Of a stretch of 32,000 nt of DNA, positions 1 through 10,763 are shown one piece after another. Made by a program: the position numbers and the translations under genes. This stretch comes from Candidatus Saccharimonadota bacterium (lineage in GTDB: Bacteria; Pseudomonadota; Gammaproteobacteria; Enterobacterales; Enterobacteriaceae). Location of the stretch: assembly GCF_000973505.1 (NCBI RefSeq), contig NZ_CP010048.1, positions 30,001 to 62,000 on the forward strand, read 5' to 3'. The notes under the pieces were generated by a model. It made no database searches and was not told where the DNA came from. It saw only the letters and a program-made list of their open reading frames with translations. How positions within the stretch are numbered: the stretch's first letter is position 1; each line of letters starts with the position of its first letter.

Positions 1-883
1 GACCTTGCTTTTGGTAAATTTTGTTGAGTTGATGTATATTTTGTTGAGAATATGTGTTTATGTAGTATTGATGCAAGTAGTTGATTGCTGCACGAGTGTG
101 TTCGATTTCGTATTGAGTGGTATTCATGTTAATTATAAAACTAGTTGGGATTACACCGATTAGGAGCAGCATGATTAAACCAATACCTTTTTGTCCGTCA
201 TTAGCTCCATGTGAAAAGCTAACGCCAGCAGAAGAAACAATTAATATACTTCTGAGTAGAACAGGTGGTTGTCGTTTTCCATTTTTTTGTTCTTTTTCAG
301 ATGGTGTCATGTGTATATAACAAGTTTGTTTATCATTTTTCCAGTATTGACATAATATTAACATTATTATTTTAGCAAAGAATAAACCTATTAGTGGAGA
401 AATGATTAATGATAAAAGTATTTCTATTAATTTTTGAATATTTAATCCCTGTGCAAATTGACAGTGTGTTGTGATTGTGTTGATTATTCCAATACCAATT
501 AGTGCACCAATTAAAGTATGGGAACTGGATGTTGGTAATCGTAAATACCATGTGGAGAGATTCCATAAAATAGCCGCGAATAGTATTGAGAATACCATAG
601 CTAAAATATGATGGGGATTGTTATTGATTATTAATTGCATTGGAAGCAGATGAATGATTGTATAAGCAACACTTAATCCACTAAAAGTAACTCCTAAAAA
701 ATTAAATATTCCTGAAATAGCGACTGCTGGTCTAGATTGTAAAGCACAGGTGTAAATTACAGTAACTACTGAATTTGATGTGTCGTGAAATCCGTTGATG
801 GCTTCGTAAATAAATATGAGAACTAATGTACAGATTAACATAATTCTAATATGAAGTTCTAAATCGGCAAATAAATGTATCAT
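1..883 (-). CDS. pitA: Low-affinity inorganic phosphate transporter PitA. The N-terminal ~294 codons are present; the C-terminus runs off the left edge of the window.
   Basis: Absent from the ORF track because no stop codon lies inside the window. The reverse frame from the ATG at 883-881 is open down to position 1. It reads MIHLFADLELH...FIYEAINGFHDTSNSVVTVIY...LPTSSSHTLIGALIGIG...VSFSHGANDGQKGIGLIMLLLIG, which is colinear with E. coli PitA as I recall it (YEAINGFHDT, SSSHTLIGA and HGANDGQKGIG motifs). Confidence 0.85.
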   Translation of the reverse strand, partial: MIHLFADLELHIRIMLICTLVLIFIYEAINGFHDTSNSVVTVIYTCALQSRPAVAISGIFNFLGVTFSGLSVAYTIIHLLPMQLIINNNPHHILAMVFSILFAAILWNLSTWYLRLPTSSSHTLIGALIGIGIINTITTHCQFAQGLNIQKLIEILLSLIISPLIGLFFAKIIMLILCQYWKNDKQTCYIHMTPSEKEQKNGKRQPPVLLRSILIVSSAGVSFSHGANDGQKGIGLIMLLLIGVIPTSFIINMNTTQYEIEHTRAAINYLHQYYINTYSQQNIHQLNKIYQKQG

Positions 884-1249
884 GGAAACATACGCTATTT
901 TTTAATATATAACTATTCTCTTGACTCGTAATTAGTGATGATTTTCGGCTTGAGGAGAGAAATGTATATTTTGAAATTTTATTTAATGGTACATTATTAT
1001 TTCATATGGTAGTTTATTTTTATAAAGATTTTTTTAATTTTGTATATAAATTGGTTATTATAATTTGGATATTGAATGATTTTATAGATTTTAGAGGGTA
1101 TTTTTTTTGATGATGATTGTTTATTTATTAAACTTTTTGGGATGTGTATTTTTTAGTGAAATACTATGTGAATAGTAATCATCTTATATTTTATTTTTTA
1201 ATTATTATTAAATTTGTTTAATAGTGATGGTATTTACTGATATTAATAA

Positions 1250-1270
1250 TTAATAGTTAATAGTTAATAG
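1250..1270. repeat. Tandem heptamer (TTAATAG) x3 in the pitA-ubiA spacer
   Basis: Direct reading: ttaatag ttaatag ttaatag. Confidence 0.6.
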
Positions 1271-1523
1271 TCTGTGTTGTTTGAAATTTTGTTTAATATG
1301 CTGTGGTTTATGTATTAATAGCATTTTAATTATGAGTAATGATTATTAGGTGTATGTGAAATATTTTTTTAGTAAATTAAAAATGATTAAGTATAGTTAA
1401 TATGATTGTTGAATTTTTACAATGTAAATATAATTAATAATCTTTGATTGTTTCTTGAAATATGGTGATATTTTAGTGAAATTTGTTTTAAATACATTAA
1501 AAAATAAATTTTTAGTTAAATTT

Positions 1524-2411
1524 ATGACAGTTTTTTGTACAATATATTTATTTCCGTGGCGTGGTATATTTAAGTTGATGCGGGTAGATAAGCCAATAGG
1601 TTTTTTTTTGTTACTTTGGCCAACGTTGTGGGCCTTGTGGCTATCTGAGGAAAAAATACCTAATTATTATGTGTTGGCAATGTTTATTATAGGTGTTTTT
1701 TTGGTGCGTTCATTTGGTTGTGTAATTAATGATTGTGTTGATAAAGATATTGATTGTTATGTTCGTCGTACTAGTAGTCGGCCTTTGTTGTCTGGAATGG
1801 TTAGTATACAAAAGGCATTAATATTATTTGTGGTGTTATTAGTTATTTCGTTTGTTTTACTTTGTTTGCTTGATACTAGTAGACAGACTATTTTGTTATC
1901 ATGTATAACGTTATTGTTAGTTTGTATGTATCCGTATACTAAAAGGTGTATACCTTGTCCTCAGTTATTTTTGGGAATAACGTTTGGATGTTCTATTTTG
2001 ATTGTGTTTTCTGTTATTGGTGTTTCTTTATGTAGTTTTTTGCCTTGGTTGTTGTTTTTGGTTAATATTCTTTGGACTATAATTTATGACACTGAGTATG
2101 CCATGGTAGATCGTGATGATGATATTTTTTTTAGCGTACAATCGTCTGCTTTATTATTAGGGAAGTATGAAAGATTTTTTATTGGTGGATTACAAGTAGT
2201 AGTATTGTGTTTATTGATTATTGTTGGTTTAAAGACCAGGATTGGTTTAGTATTTTATTTTTCATTAATTGGTGTGGCTATTTTATTTATATGGCAGCAA
2301 ATATTGATGATTGGTCGTAATAGGGATAAATGTTTTCAAGCGTTTTTAAGTAATCATTATGTTGGTATGTTGATTTTTTTAGGAATTTTTTTAGATTTAT
2401 TATTTGTGTAA
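1524..2411 (+). CDS. ubiA: 4-hydroxybenzoate octaprenyltransferase (ubiquinone biosynthesis)
   Basis: The track ORF 1455..2411 starts at a TTG. The internal ATG at 1524 gives 295 aa, close to the ~290 aa of E. coli UbiA. Matching motifs are MRVDKPIGFFLLLWPTLWALW, NDxxDxxxD (VINDCVDKDID) and YDTEYAMVDRDDD. Confidence 0.9.
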   Translation: MTVFCTIYLFPWRGIFKLMRVDKPIGFFLLLWPTLWALWLSEEKIPNYYVLAMFIIGVFLVRSFGCVINDCVDKDIDCYVRRTSSRPLLSGMVSIQKALILFVVLLVISFVLLCLLDTSRQTILLSCITLLLVCMYPYTKRCIPCPQLFLGITFGCSILIVFSVIGVSLCSFLPWLLFLVNILWTIIYDTEYAMVDRDDDIFFSVQSSALLLGKYERFFIGGLQVVVLCLLIIVGLKTRIGLVFYFSLIGVAILFIWQQILMIGRNRDKCFQAFLSNHYVGMLIFLGIFLDLLFV

Positions 2412-2443
2412 ATATGCATGACGTTAATGTTTTTATCGTTTGA

Positions 2444-2899
2444 TTATTTTAATGTTTGTTTTTTGCAATTTAGGCATATACCATGTATTTCTATGATGTT
2501 GTATGTTATTTGAAAGTGGTTTTTTGTGGCGAGATTTTTTAATGTTTTTTCAATTTTGTCGGTTGTTTTTTCTGTGACTTTTTGACATAGTTTGCAGATA
2601 AAAAATACATATGTGTGTGAGTGTTTGAAAAAATGGTGACAAAGTATAAAACTATTAATTGATTCTATTTTATGTATAAATCCTTGCGATAGTAGAAATT
2701 TCAATGCCCGATAAATTGTAGATGGTTTAGCTTGAGGTGATGATTTATGGAGTAAATGTAGTAAATGGTATGCTCGGATTGCAGCGTTGTTTTGTTGAGA
2801 TATTAAATGTAATATTTTTAATCGCTGTGGGGTTAGACGTGCGTGTCGTTGTTTGCATATTTGTTGAATTTTCAGAAAGAATTTTTCTTGATTACACAT
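2444..2899 (-). CDS. zur: Zinc uptake regulator, Fur family
   Basis: 151-aa ORF. ICKQRHARLTPQRLKILHLIS...PQAKPSTIYRALKFLLSQGFIHKIES is colinear with E. coli Zur. Both CxxC pairs (CKLC and CLNC) are retained. A position near ubiA and dnaB matches my memory of the E. coli map. Confidence 0.85.
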   Translation of the reverse strand: MCNQEKFFLKIQQICKQRHARLTPQRLKILHLISQQNNAAIRAYHLLHLLHKSSPQAKPSTIYRALKFLLSQGFIHKIESINSFILCHHFFKHSHTYVFFICKLCQKVTEKTTDKIEKTLKNLATKNHFQITYNIIEIHGICLNCKKQTLK

Positions 2900-3516
2900 G
2901 TTTATGGTATGCTTTGATCATTGATAATGTTTAATGTTGTATGTATTGCCATTTTTTATTTCAATTATATTTGTGTGTGTAATTATGTCAAATTTTTTGA
3001 TAATGTACTGATATTGTAATTATATTTCGTTATGGTAGTAATAAAATAATTGGTAGTAATCATACAGTGTTTTATAATATCTGTTGATGTGTTTTTTGTA
3101 ATTTTAAACAGTTTATTTGGTATTATATTGCAAATTGTATGTTTATTATTATCGTGTTTTGAGTAAAATATATTTGATTTATATAGATTTTTTTATATAT
3201 TTTTATGTATTGTGATTATTTAATTTTTTTATGTGTGTTTAGTATTGAATGATATATTCTAAATATTATATTAAATATGCCATATTTTATATGACAATGG
3301 TATGTTTTGTTGTCATATTCATTAATATGTTTATTGTGTTTTATAGATTAACTAGAGTTTTAAGTGAAAACGTATTTTCATGAGTTGTATTAAATTTTAG
3401 GGAGTGTTTTTTATGTATTGCAATCGGGAGATATATGATTTCTATGATGCATAGAAATTGTATTGTTTTTTGTTTTGTGTGTAATATCTGTATTAATTAA
3501 TTAATAACTACTATTT

Positions 3517-4923
3517 ATGGTGAAGAATAGAATGCATGGTCATGAAGTAATTTCTCAAACTAAAAAAAGGAAAAATTTAGATAATGTTAGAATGCTTCCT
3601 TATTCTTTAGAAGCGGAGCAATCAATATTAGGTGGCTTGATGTTAGATAATGAATCTTGGGATCATATATTAGATATAGTTACAGTAGATGATTTTTTTA
3701 ATTATGCACATCGTGTGATTTTTTGTGAAATGCAATGTTTATTAGAATTAAAGAAACCTATTGATTTAATTACTCTGTCTGAATCTTTAGAGCGAGCTGG
3801 TAAGTTAGATGTAGTTGGTGGTTTTGCTTATTTGGCCGAATTGTCAAAAAGTGTGCCCAGTGTTGCTAATATTGTTTTTTATGCAGAAATTGTACATGAA
3901 CGATCAGTTATGCGTTCAATGATTTCTGTAGCACATGAAATTGCAGATGCAGGGTATGATCCTCAAGGAAGGAGCAGTGATGAATTGTTAGATTTAGCTG
4001 AATCTCTCGTATTTAAAATTTCTGGGCATCGGGATAATAAACATGAAATTAATCCTAAAAATATAGAACGTATTCTGTTGGATACAGTAAACCATATTGA
4101 GAAAATTGGTAAAAAAACTGATGGAACAACCGGTATTTCTAGTGGTTATAAAGACCTTGATAAAAAAATTGATGGATTACAAAAATCTGATTTAATTATT
4201 ATTGCAGCTCGGCCTTCTATGGGAAAGAGTACTTTTGCTATGAATTTATGTGAATATGCAGCTATGACTCAAAAAAAGCCGGTATTGATTTTTAGTTTAG
4301 AAATGTCTGGTGAACAAATTATGATACGTATGTTAGCTTCTTTATCACGTGTGGATCAAATTCGTATTCGTACTGGTAAGTTAGATGATGATGATTGGGC
4401 AAGGATTTCTAGTACTGTTGGATTGCTTTTAGAGAAGAAAAATGTGTATATTGATGACTCTTCGTCTTTAACACCTTCTGAAGTTCGGACACGTTCTCGT
4501 AGATTATTTCGTGAGAATGATGGGTTAAGTTTAATTATGGTTGATTATTTGCAATTAATGCATGTACCTTCTTTATTAAATAATCGTACATTAGAAATTT
4601 CAGAAATTTCTCGTTCTTTGAAATCGCTTGCTAAAGAATTACAAGTTCCAGTGATTGCTATTTCGCAATTAAACAGAAGTTTAGAGCAACGTGCTGATAA
4701 GCATCCTATTAATTCCGATTTGCGTGATTCTGGTGCTATTGAGCAGGATGCTGATTTAATTATGTTTATTTATCGTGATGAAATATATAATAAAAATAGT
4801 AGCATGAAAGGTGTTGCTGAAGTAATTCTTGGTAAGCAACGTCATGGTCCCATTGGGACTGTAAGATTAACTTTTAATGCTCAATGGTCTCGTTTTGATA
4901 ATTATTCTGGTATTCAGTATTAA
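3517..4923 (+). CDS. dnaB: Replicative DNA helicase DnaB
   Basis: 468-aa ORF with PYSLEAEQSILGGLMLDN, the Walker A motif ARPSMGKSTFAMN, IDYLQLM-type MVDYLQLM, SQLNRSLEQRADK and a C-terminal WSRFDNY. An alternative start at the ATG at 3532 is possible. Confidence 0.97.
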   Translation: MVKNRMHGHEVISQTKKRKNLDNVRMLPYSLEAEQSILGGLMLDNESWDHILDIVTVDDFFNYAHRVIFCEMQCLLELKKPIDLITLSESLERAGKLDVVGGFAYLAELSKSVPSVANIVFYAEIVHERSVMRSMISVAHEIADAGYDPQGRSSDELLDLAESLVFKISGHRDNKHEINPKNIERILLDTVNHIEKIGKKTDGTTGISSGYKDLDKKIDGLQKSDLIIIAARPSMGKSTFAMNLCEYAAMTQKKPVLIFSLEMSGEQIMIRMLASLSRVDQIRIRTGKLDDDDWARISSTVGLLLEKKNVYIDDSSSLTPSEVRTRSRRLFRENDGLSLIMVDYLQLMHVPSLLNNRTLEISEISRSLKSLAKELQVPVIAISQLNRSLEQRADKHPINSDLRDSGAIEQDADLIMFIYRDEIYNKNSSMKGVAEVILGKQRHGPIGTVRLTFNAQWSRFDNYSGIQY

Positions 4924-5362
4924 TTGCAGGGTGATATTTTAATATTTTATGGTAGTATTTTGATATTTTTAATTTTGTTCTTGAAATGTGTGTAATTAAA
5001 TTCAAGGAAATTTAGTTAGTATGTTAAATTTTTTGATATTTTCTTATAATATGTATGTTTTTTATTTTAATATATTTGTAGTTTAAAATTATTTTTTGAT
5101 TGATATTTATATAAAACTTCAGATTTTTATTTTTATTATTAACATAGTGGTTGTAATTATATATTGGTGTAGTTGATTTTTGATATTATATATAATATAT
5201 TACATATCACATGCTATATGGCATATATATTTGTTTTATGTTGTTGTAGGCAACAGTGGTGTTCGTTTTTTTAATAGTGTAATACTACATTATTAATAAT
5301 TAATATGAATTAATGATTTTTTATTATTTATTATTTGGTTATTTATTATAGGAATGATATTT

Positions 5363-5854
5363 ATGGTTACTAGAGGTATTAATAAAGTAATTTTGATTGG
5401 TAATCTTGGTCAAGAGCCAGATGTGAGGTATGTTCCTAATGGTGGTGTAATAACTAATATTACTTTGGCAACTACAGAAAATTGGCGTGATAAGCAAACT
5501 GGTGATTTTAGAGAAAAGACAGAGTGGCATCGTGTTGTTTTGTTTGGAAAATTAGCTGAGATTGCATCTGAATATTTACACAAAGGTGTACAGGTATATG
5601 TTGAAGGGTCTTTACAGACTCGGAGATGGCAAGATCAAAATGGGCAGGATCGTTATACAACTGAGGTTGTTGTTGGTCGTTTTGGTGGTGTAATGCAGAT
5701 GTTAGGTACTCGTAAGCGAGTAGAGGATATGAAGATAGAAAGTGTTTCTGAAGATAAATTGTCAAGTAATTTATTGGAAAAAAATATTTCGGATAATAAT
5801 AATATTAGTGATGGTGAATTAGATGTAAATTTTAATGAGGATATTCCGTTTTAA
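5363..5854 (+). CDS. ssb: Single-stranded DNA-binding protein
   Basis: The track ORF starts at 5354. The ATG at 5363 lies 9 nt after TAGGA and gives [23 protein letters not shown], compared with E. coli [23 protein letters not shown]. The OB-fold core [14 protein letters not shown] and the acidic tail ending DIPF are both present. Confidence 0.95.
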   Translation: MVTRGINKVILIGNLGQEPDVRYVPNGGVITNITLATTENWRDKQTGDFREKTEWHRVVLFGKLAEIASEYLHKGVQVYVEGSLQTRRWQDQNGQDRYTTEVVVGRFGGVMQMLGTRKRVEDMKIESVSEDKLSSNLLEKNISDNNNISDGELDVNFNEDIPF

Positions 5855-6323
5855 TTTTAAATGTGTTTTTTGTTTAAAAGTGTTTGAGATTTTTATATGT
5901 TGATGATTATTGACAGGTTGTTTGATGTAATGGATTTTGGTAGTTATTATTTGGTATTTATAATACTTAAGAATATAAATATTGAAAGTTTTTGTGTTTA
6001 TTCGTAATTTATATTGTGAACATTAGAGTATCTTTTTTAAGTTTTTTTAGTGGAATTTTTTATTGATTTTGTGTTCATGAATGTTGTTTTTTATTAGATT
6101 CTCAAATATTATTTAAGTCATTATTTATAATTTTAATGTTATTGAAATAGATGGATTATATGATTCCATATAAATAGGTGTCGTTGTGTTAGAAAATTAA
6201 TGAATAAATTAAATTATATAAAAAATCATATTTTCATATTTATTTAAGGTATAAGAGATTATTTGATTTTGATATTTGTTTTTTTAGGAATATATTTATG
6301 AAATATAATATAAGGATTAAAAT

Positions 6324-7970
6324 ATGGAAATTTTTTTTACTATTTTAATTCTTATATTACTGGTTTCTATTTCTGGATTGTTATCTCGTATTTTTTCATT
6401 TCAAATTCCATTGCCTTTAGTACAAATTTTACTCGGTGCTTTATTAGCATGGCCTCAATTTGGATTACATGTAGATTTTAATCCGGAGCTTTTTTTAGTT
6501 TTGTTTATTCCGCCTTTGTTATTTTCTGATGGATGGAAAACTCCTATTCGAGAATTTTTGCGTCATGGTAGTGAAATTGTAATTTTAGCATTAGTATTAG
6601 TAATTATTACTGTAGTTGGCATTGGATATTTAATTTATTGGATGATTCCAGGTATGCCACTTGTAGCAGCATTAGCATTAGCGGCTGTTCTTTCTCCCAC
6701 TGATGCTGTAGCGTTGTCAGGTATTGTAGGTGATGGTCGTATTCCTAAAAAGTTAATGGATATTTTACAAGGTGAGGCACTTATGAATGATGCTTCTGGA
6801 TTGGTATCATTGAAATTTTCTATTGCAGTAGCAATGGGGACTATGGTATTCACAATCGGAGCCGCTTCATTAGATTTTTTAAAAGTTGCAGCAGGGGGTT
6901 TGTTAGCTGGAATTATTGTTACTTGGATATACAGTAAATCTTTGCGATTTATATTTCAACTTAGTCATGGTGATTTTGCTACTCAAACTATTTTATTATT
7001 ATTGTTGCCATTTGCAGCATATTTAATTGCTGAGCATATTAATGTTTCTGGAATTTTAGCAGCTGTTACGTCTGGTATGACTATTGGCCAATCTAGCATT
7101 ATTCGTCATGCACCATTATCGATGCGTTTACGTGGGAATAGTGTTTGGGCTATGTTAGAATTTGTTTTTAATGGTATGGTTTTTATTTTACTTGGTTTGC
7201 AATTACCGGATATTTTATTGTCGTCTATTTTACAAGCAGAGTTTGATCCAAATATTAATATTTGGATGTTGGTCACATATGTTATTCTTATTTACAGTGC
7301 ATTAATTATATTACGTTTTTGTTGGTTAATTTTCATGAAACGTATTACATTGCAGTTCATGTCAAAATGTCCAATGGTATTTAGTGAATATAGTATTCGT
7401 GAAATTTTGATTGTTTCTTTTGCTGGTGTACGTGGGGCAATTACATTAGCTGGTGTTTTGTCGATACCTTTGTTTCTTAGTGACGGGTCTGTTTTTCCTG
7501 CTCGGTATCAGCTTGTTTTTATTGCCACTGGGGTCATATTATTGTCTTTATTGTGTGGAGTTGTTATTTTGCCTATCTTGTTAGAAGGTATTGTTGTATC
7601 TGATAAATCTTTACAACTCAAAGAAGAGCGCATGGCTCGTACTATAGCTGCCGAGGTTGCTATCGAAAGTTTACATAAAATGGAAGAACGTTTAATTAAC
7701 AGTCATGAAGAAAATATTGATATTCAGATTTTTAATGAAGTGAGTGCACGAATTATCGGTAATTTGCGTCGTCGTATTAATAATACAGATAATATTGAAC
7801 ATATTATGCTCATTGAAGATTTAGAAAGACGTATGAGATTAAATGCTTTGCATGCTGAACGTGGTGAATATTATCATTTACGTGCACAACAGAAGATTAG
7901 CAATGAGACATTAACGAAATTATTGCGTGATTTAGATTTTTTAGAAGCGTTGTTAGTTGGTGATGAATAA
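6324..7970 (+). CDS. yjcE: CPA1-family Na+/H+ (cation/proton) antiporter, YjcE-like
   Basis: 548-aa polytopic ORF. MEIFFTILI...FQIPLPLVQI...PELFLVLFIPPLLFSDGWKTP...LSPTDAVALSGIVG...GEALMNDASGLVSLKF is nearly colinear with E. coli YjcE (549 aa) as I recall it. Confidence 0.85.
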   Translation: MEIFFTILILILLVSISGLLSRIFSFQIPLPLVQILLGALLAWPQFGLHVDFNPELFLVLFIPPLLFSDGWKTPIREFLRHGSEIVILALVLVIITVVGIGYLIYWMIPGMPLVAALALAAVLSPTDAVALSGIVGDGRIPKKLMDILQGEALMNDASGLVSLKFSIAVAMGTMVFTIGAASLDFLKVAAGGLLAGIIVTWIYSKSLRFIFQLSHGDFATQTILLLLLPFAAYLIAEHINVSGILAAVTSGMTIGQSSIIRHAPLSMRLRGNSVWAMLEFVFNGMVFILLGLQLPDILLSSILQAEFDPNINIWMLVTYVILIYSALIILRFCWLIFMKRITLQFMSKCPMVFSEYSIREILIVSFAGVRGAITLAGVLSIPLFLSDGSVFPARYQLVFIATGVILLSLLCGVVILPILLEGIVVSDKSLQLKEERMARTIAAEVAIESLHKMEERLINSHEENIDIQIFNEVSARIIGNLRRRINNTDNIEHIMLIEDLERRMRLNALHAERGEYYHLRAQQKISNETLTKLLRDLDFLEALLVGDE

Positions 7971-8250
7971 TAATTATCATTATTTTTTTATGTTATATTT
8001 TTGGTAAATTTTTATAGTTTGTGTTTGTATAATATTTTTTAACTTTCAAGAGAAATTATGTTAATACATTAAAATATGTCATATGTTTCGGATCCGGAAT
8101 TGTATTTTTAATATCTTATTATGTTATGATTATAAAATTTTACAAAATCAGAATATTTAGTTTTTTTTGATATATATAATGGTAGTTGTATATATTATTT
8201 ATGTGTTTTGTATTTTATTTTTTGAATTTTTATTGTTTTAATATGTATAT

Positions 8251-8282
8251 TTGTAGTTAAATAAATATTGTAGTTAAATAAA
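8251..8282. repeat. 15-nt direct repeat TTGTAGTTAAATAAA x2 separated by 2 nt
   Basis: Direct reading: copies at 8251-8265 and 8268-8282, in the yjcE-gltP spacer. Confidence 0.6.
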
Positions 8283-8766
8283 ATAGTTTCGAGTGGTCTT
8301 TTTTTATTTAGTAGTTGTTTGATTATATATTAAAATAATATATAAATAGTTCTAGAAAATTTATGATATTTAATATGTTATTATGTATTCAGTAATACTG
8401 AATAATGTTATTTTAATGGTAGAATGTGTTTTATTGATGATATGATAGTGTTTTAGTAATGATTACTTAAATGATATTTCAATCAGTTGGATTTAAATAT
8501 ATTATTTTTTTAGAAATGTGTTATTTGTTAATATAGTGCTATATATTATTTCAAAGTGTATTAATTAAATTAGTTGTTATTTTAGTGTTTTTAAAGTATT
8601 TATATTATAGTTATATTTTAATTAAGATAAAATTTATTATAGTAAGATGATTGTTTAATAATTTAATAATATTTTAAGTCAATAATTGGTATATTTTGAA
8701 ATTTGTATAATATTTATGTGCGGAAGTTGTTACGTTTAAAATAATTAAACTATGGAAGGTATTCTT

Positions 8767-10101
8767 ATGAAAATATTGCAAAAAATTACATTAGCTTGGA
8801 AGATATGTTTTGCTTTAGTTCTAGGTATTATTGTAGGTGCTGTATTACATGATCAAGGCGCGCTTAGAGATTGGATTATTGCTGTTATTTTATCGCCAGC
8901 AGGAGAGATTTTTATTAGGATGATAAAAATGATAGTTGTACCTATTGTAATGGCGACTTTAATAATTGGAATTGCAGGTATTGGTGATGTCAAAAAATTG
9001 GGTAGTATTGGATTAAAAACTATAATTTATTTTGAGGTAATTACCACGTTAGCAATTGTTCTTGGTGTAACATTAGCAAATGTATTTCATCCAGGGACAG
9101 GGATTGATATGTCTAAATTATCAAGTGTAGATATTTCAATGTACGAACAAACAGCATCTGAAATGGAGTCTCATGGTTATAATTTAGTGAATACTGTGTT
9201 ATCTTTAATTCCTTCAAATATTATTTTTTCGATGTCTAAAGGTGATATGTTGCCTGTTATTTTTTTCTCAGTAATTTTTGGTTTAGGTTTAGTTGTTCTT
9301 CCTGAAAAGAACAAAGTACCTCTTCTCGAGGTGTTTGATGCAATAGCGAAAACAATGTTTAAAGTTACTCATATTGTTATGCGTTATGCCCCTGTTGGGG
9401 TTTTTGCGTTAATTTCAATGACAGTAGCAACTTTTGGTTTTAGTTCATTAATTCCATTAGCTAAATTAGTTGTTTTAGTGTACGCAGCAATTATTTTTTT
9501 TGCTTTGTTAGTTTTAGGTATAGTAGCAAGAATATGTAATCTTAGAATTTGGCGAATAATTTGTATATTAAAAGAAGAGCTTATTTTGTCTTTTTCAACT
9601 GCTAGTTCTGAGACTGTTTTACCTCGTATTATTGAAAAGATGGAAGCATATGGAGCTCCATCGGTAATTACTGGTTTTGTAGTTCCTACTGGTTATTCTT
9701 TTAATTTAGATGGTTCGACTTTGTATCAAAGTATTGCTGCAATTTTTATTGCGCAGTTATATGGAATTGAGTTATCTGTTAGTCAAGAGATTATATTAGT
9801 ATTAACTTTAATGGTGACTTCAAAAGGTATTGCTGGTGTGCCTGGTGTGTCTTTTGTAGTTTTATTGGCAACATTAGGTAGTGTTGGCATTCCTTTAGAG
9901 GGATTGGCATTTATTGCAGGTGTTGATCGTGTTCTTGATATGGCGCGTACTGCACTTAATGTTGTAGGCAATGCATTAGCTGTATTAGTGATTTCTAAGT
10001 GGGAAAATCAGTATAATAATATACAAGCATTGCAGTATGAAGCTGAGATGTTAGGTATTCATGTTCTTAAGGAATCGAGTAAGAAAAAATGTAAAATATA
10101 G
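8767..10101 (+). CDS. gltP: Glutamate/aspartate:proton symporter (DAACS family)
   Basis: The track ORF starts at 8752. The ATG at 8767 is preceded by GGAAGG about 8 nt upstream. MIKMIVVPIV, YFEVITT, MRYAPVGVFAL, STASSETVLPRIIEKME, VVPTGYSFNLDGSTLYQ and VTSKGIAGVPGVSFVVLLATL all match E. coli GltP. Confidence 0.9.
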   Translation: MKILQKITLAWKICFALVLGIIVGAVLHDQGALRDWIIAVILSPAGEIFIRMIKMIVVPIVMATLIIGIAGIGDVKKLGSIGLKTIIYFEVITTLAIVLGVTLANVFHPGTGIDMSKLSSVDISMYEQTASEMESHGYNLVNTVLSLIPSNIIFSMSKGDMLPVIFFSVIFGLGLVVLPEKNKVPLLEVFDAIAKTMFKVTHIVMRYAPVGVFALISMTVATFGFSSLIPLAKLVVLVYAAIIFFALLVLGIVARICNLRIWRIICILKEELILSFSTASSETVLPRIIEKMEAYGAPSVITGFVVPTGYSFNLDGSTLYQSIAAIFIAQLYGIELSVSQEIILVLTLMVTSKGIAGVPGVSFVVLLATLGSVGIPLEGLAFIAGVDRVLDMARTALNVVGNALAVLVISKWENQYNNIQALQYEAEMLGIHVLKESSKKKCKI

Positions 10102-10250
10102 TTGATTTATTATGTATTGTATATATTATTCTGGGTTAGAGTGAGAGACACATGTGATGATTTTAAAAAAATATAGAATATAAAGATGTATAACGAGTTG
10201 GATTAGGTTGATTGGTAGTAATCAAGTTTTGAGAGCATGATTTTATTTAA

Positions 10251-10649
10251 TTAAAATAATGTACGTATTGCTATTGCATCTATTTCAATGTTTGCATTAT
10301 TTGGCAAATTACTAACTTCTACACATGATCGGGTGGGAAACGTTGATTGATTTTTTTCAAAAAAGTTTTTATAAGCAAGATTAATTTTGTTTAAATTATT
10401 TATATTAGTAATAAATATGGTTGTTCTAACGATATTATTTGCGTGAAGTTTTGCTTCTTGTACAATTGATTTAATGTTTTCCAATACTTGATATGTTTCT
10501 TGGTAAATATCATTAGGTATATTTTTAGTCTCAGGACATATTCCAATTTGTCCTGAGATAAAAATAATTTTCCCTGTATCTAAAGCTTGCACGTATGGGC
10601 CTATACAGGTAGGAGCATTTTTAGTGTTAATGATGGTTTTGTGCATCAT
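10251..10649 (-). CDS. ridA: Reactive enamine/imine deaminase RidA (YjgF/TdcF family)
   Basis: 132-aa ORF. NAPTCIGPYVQA...ISGQIG...FPTRSCVEVSNLPNNANIEIDAIA is colinear with E. coli RidA (NAPAAIGPYVQG...FPARSCVEVARLPKDVKIEIEAIA). Confidence 0.9.
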   Translation of the reverse strand: MMHKTIINTKNAPTCIGPYVQALDTGKIIFISGQIGICPETKNIPNDIYQETYQVLENIKSIVQEAKLHANNIVRTTIFITNINNLNKINLAYKNFFEKNQSTFPTRSCVEVSNLPNNANIEIDAIAIRTLF

Positions 10650-10763
10650 GTTATTAACGAATATAAAAATAAGTTTGATATAATAATATTATTTAATTTT
10701 ATAAATTAATTTTTGTGCAATTTATGTTATTCTATCATTTTTACATAATAAAAAAAGTATCAT

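Noticed and set aside
117-566. ORFs 117..320 (+) and 372..566 (-) at the left edge
   Set aside because: Both lie inside the pitA reading frame (reverse strand, codon frame set by the ATG at 883-881), either antisense or out of frame. The PitA frame is open across them and carries the conserved motifs.
8091-8098. CGGATCCG palindrome about 120 nt after the yjcE stop as a terminator
   Set aside because: It is only an 8-bp palindrome with no loop, no extended stem and no following T-run. It cannot form a meaningful hairpin.
8386-8404. Inverted repeat TATTCAGTA-A-TACTGAATA in the yjcE-gltP spacer as an operator
   Set aside because: It has 9-bp arms in AT-rich DNA about 360 nt from the nearest start codon. 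I recognise no matching regulator motif, and chance occurrence is plausible.
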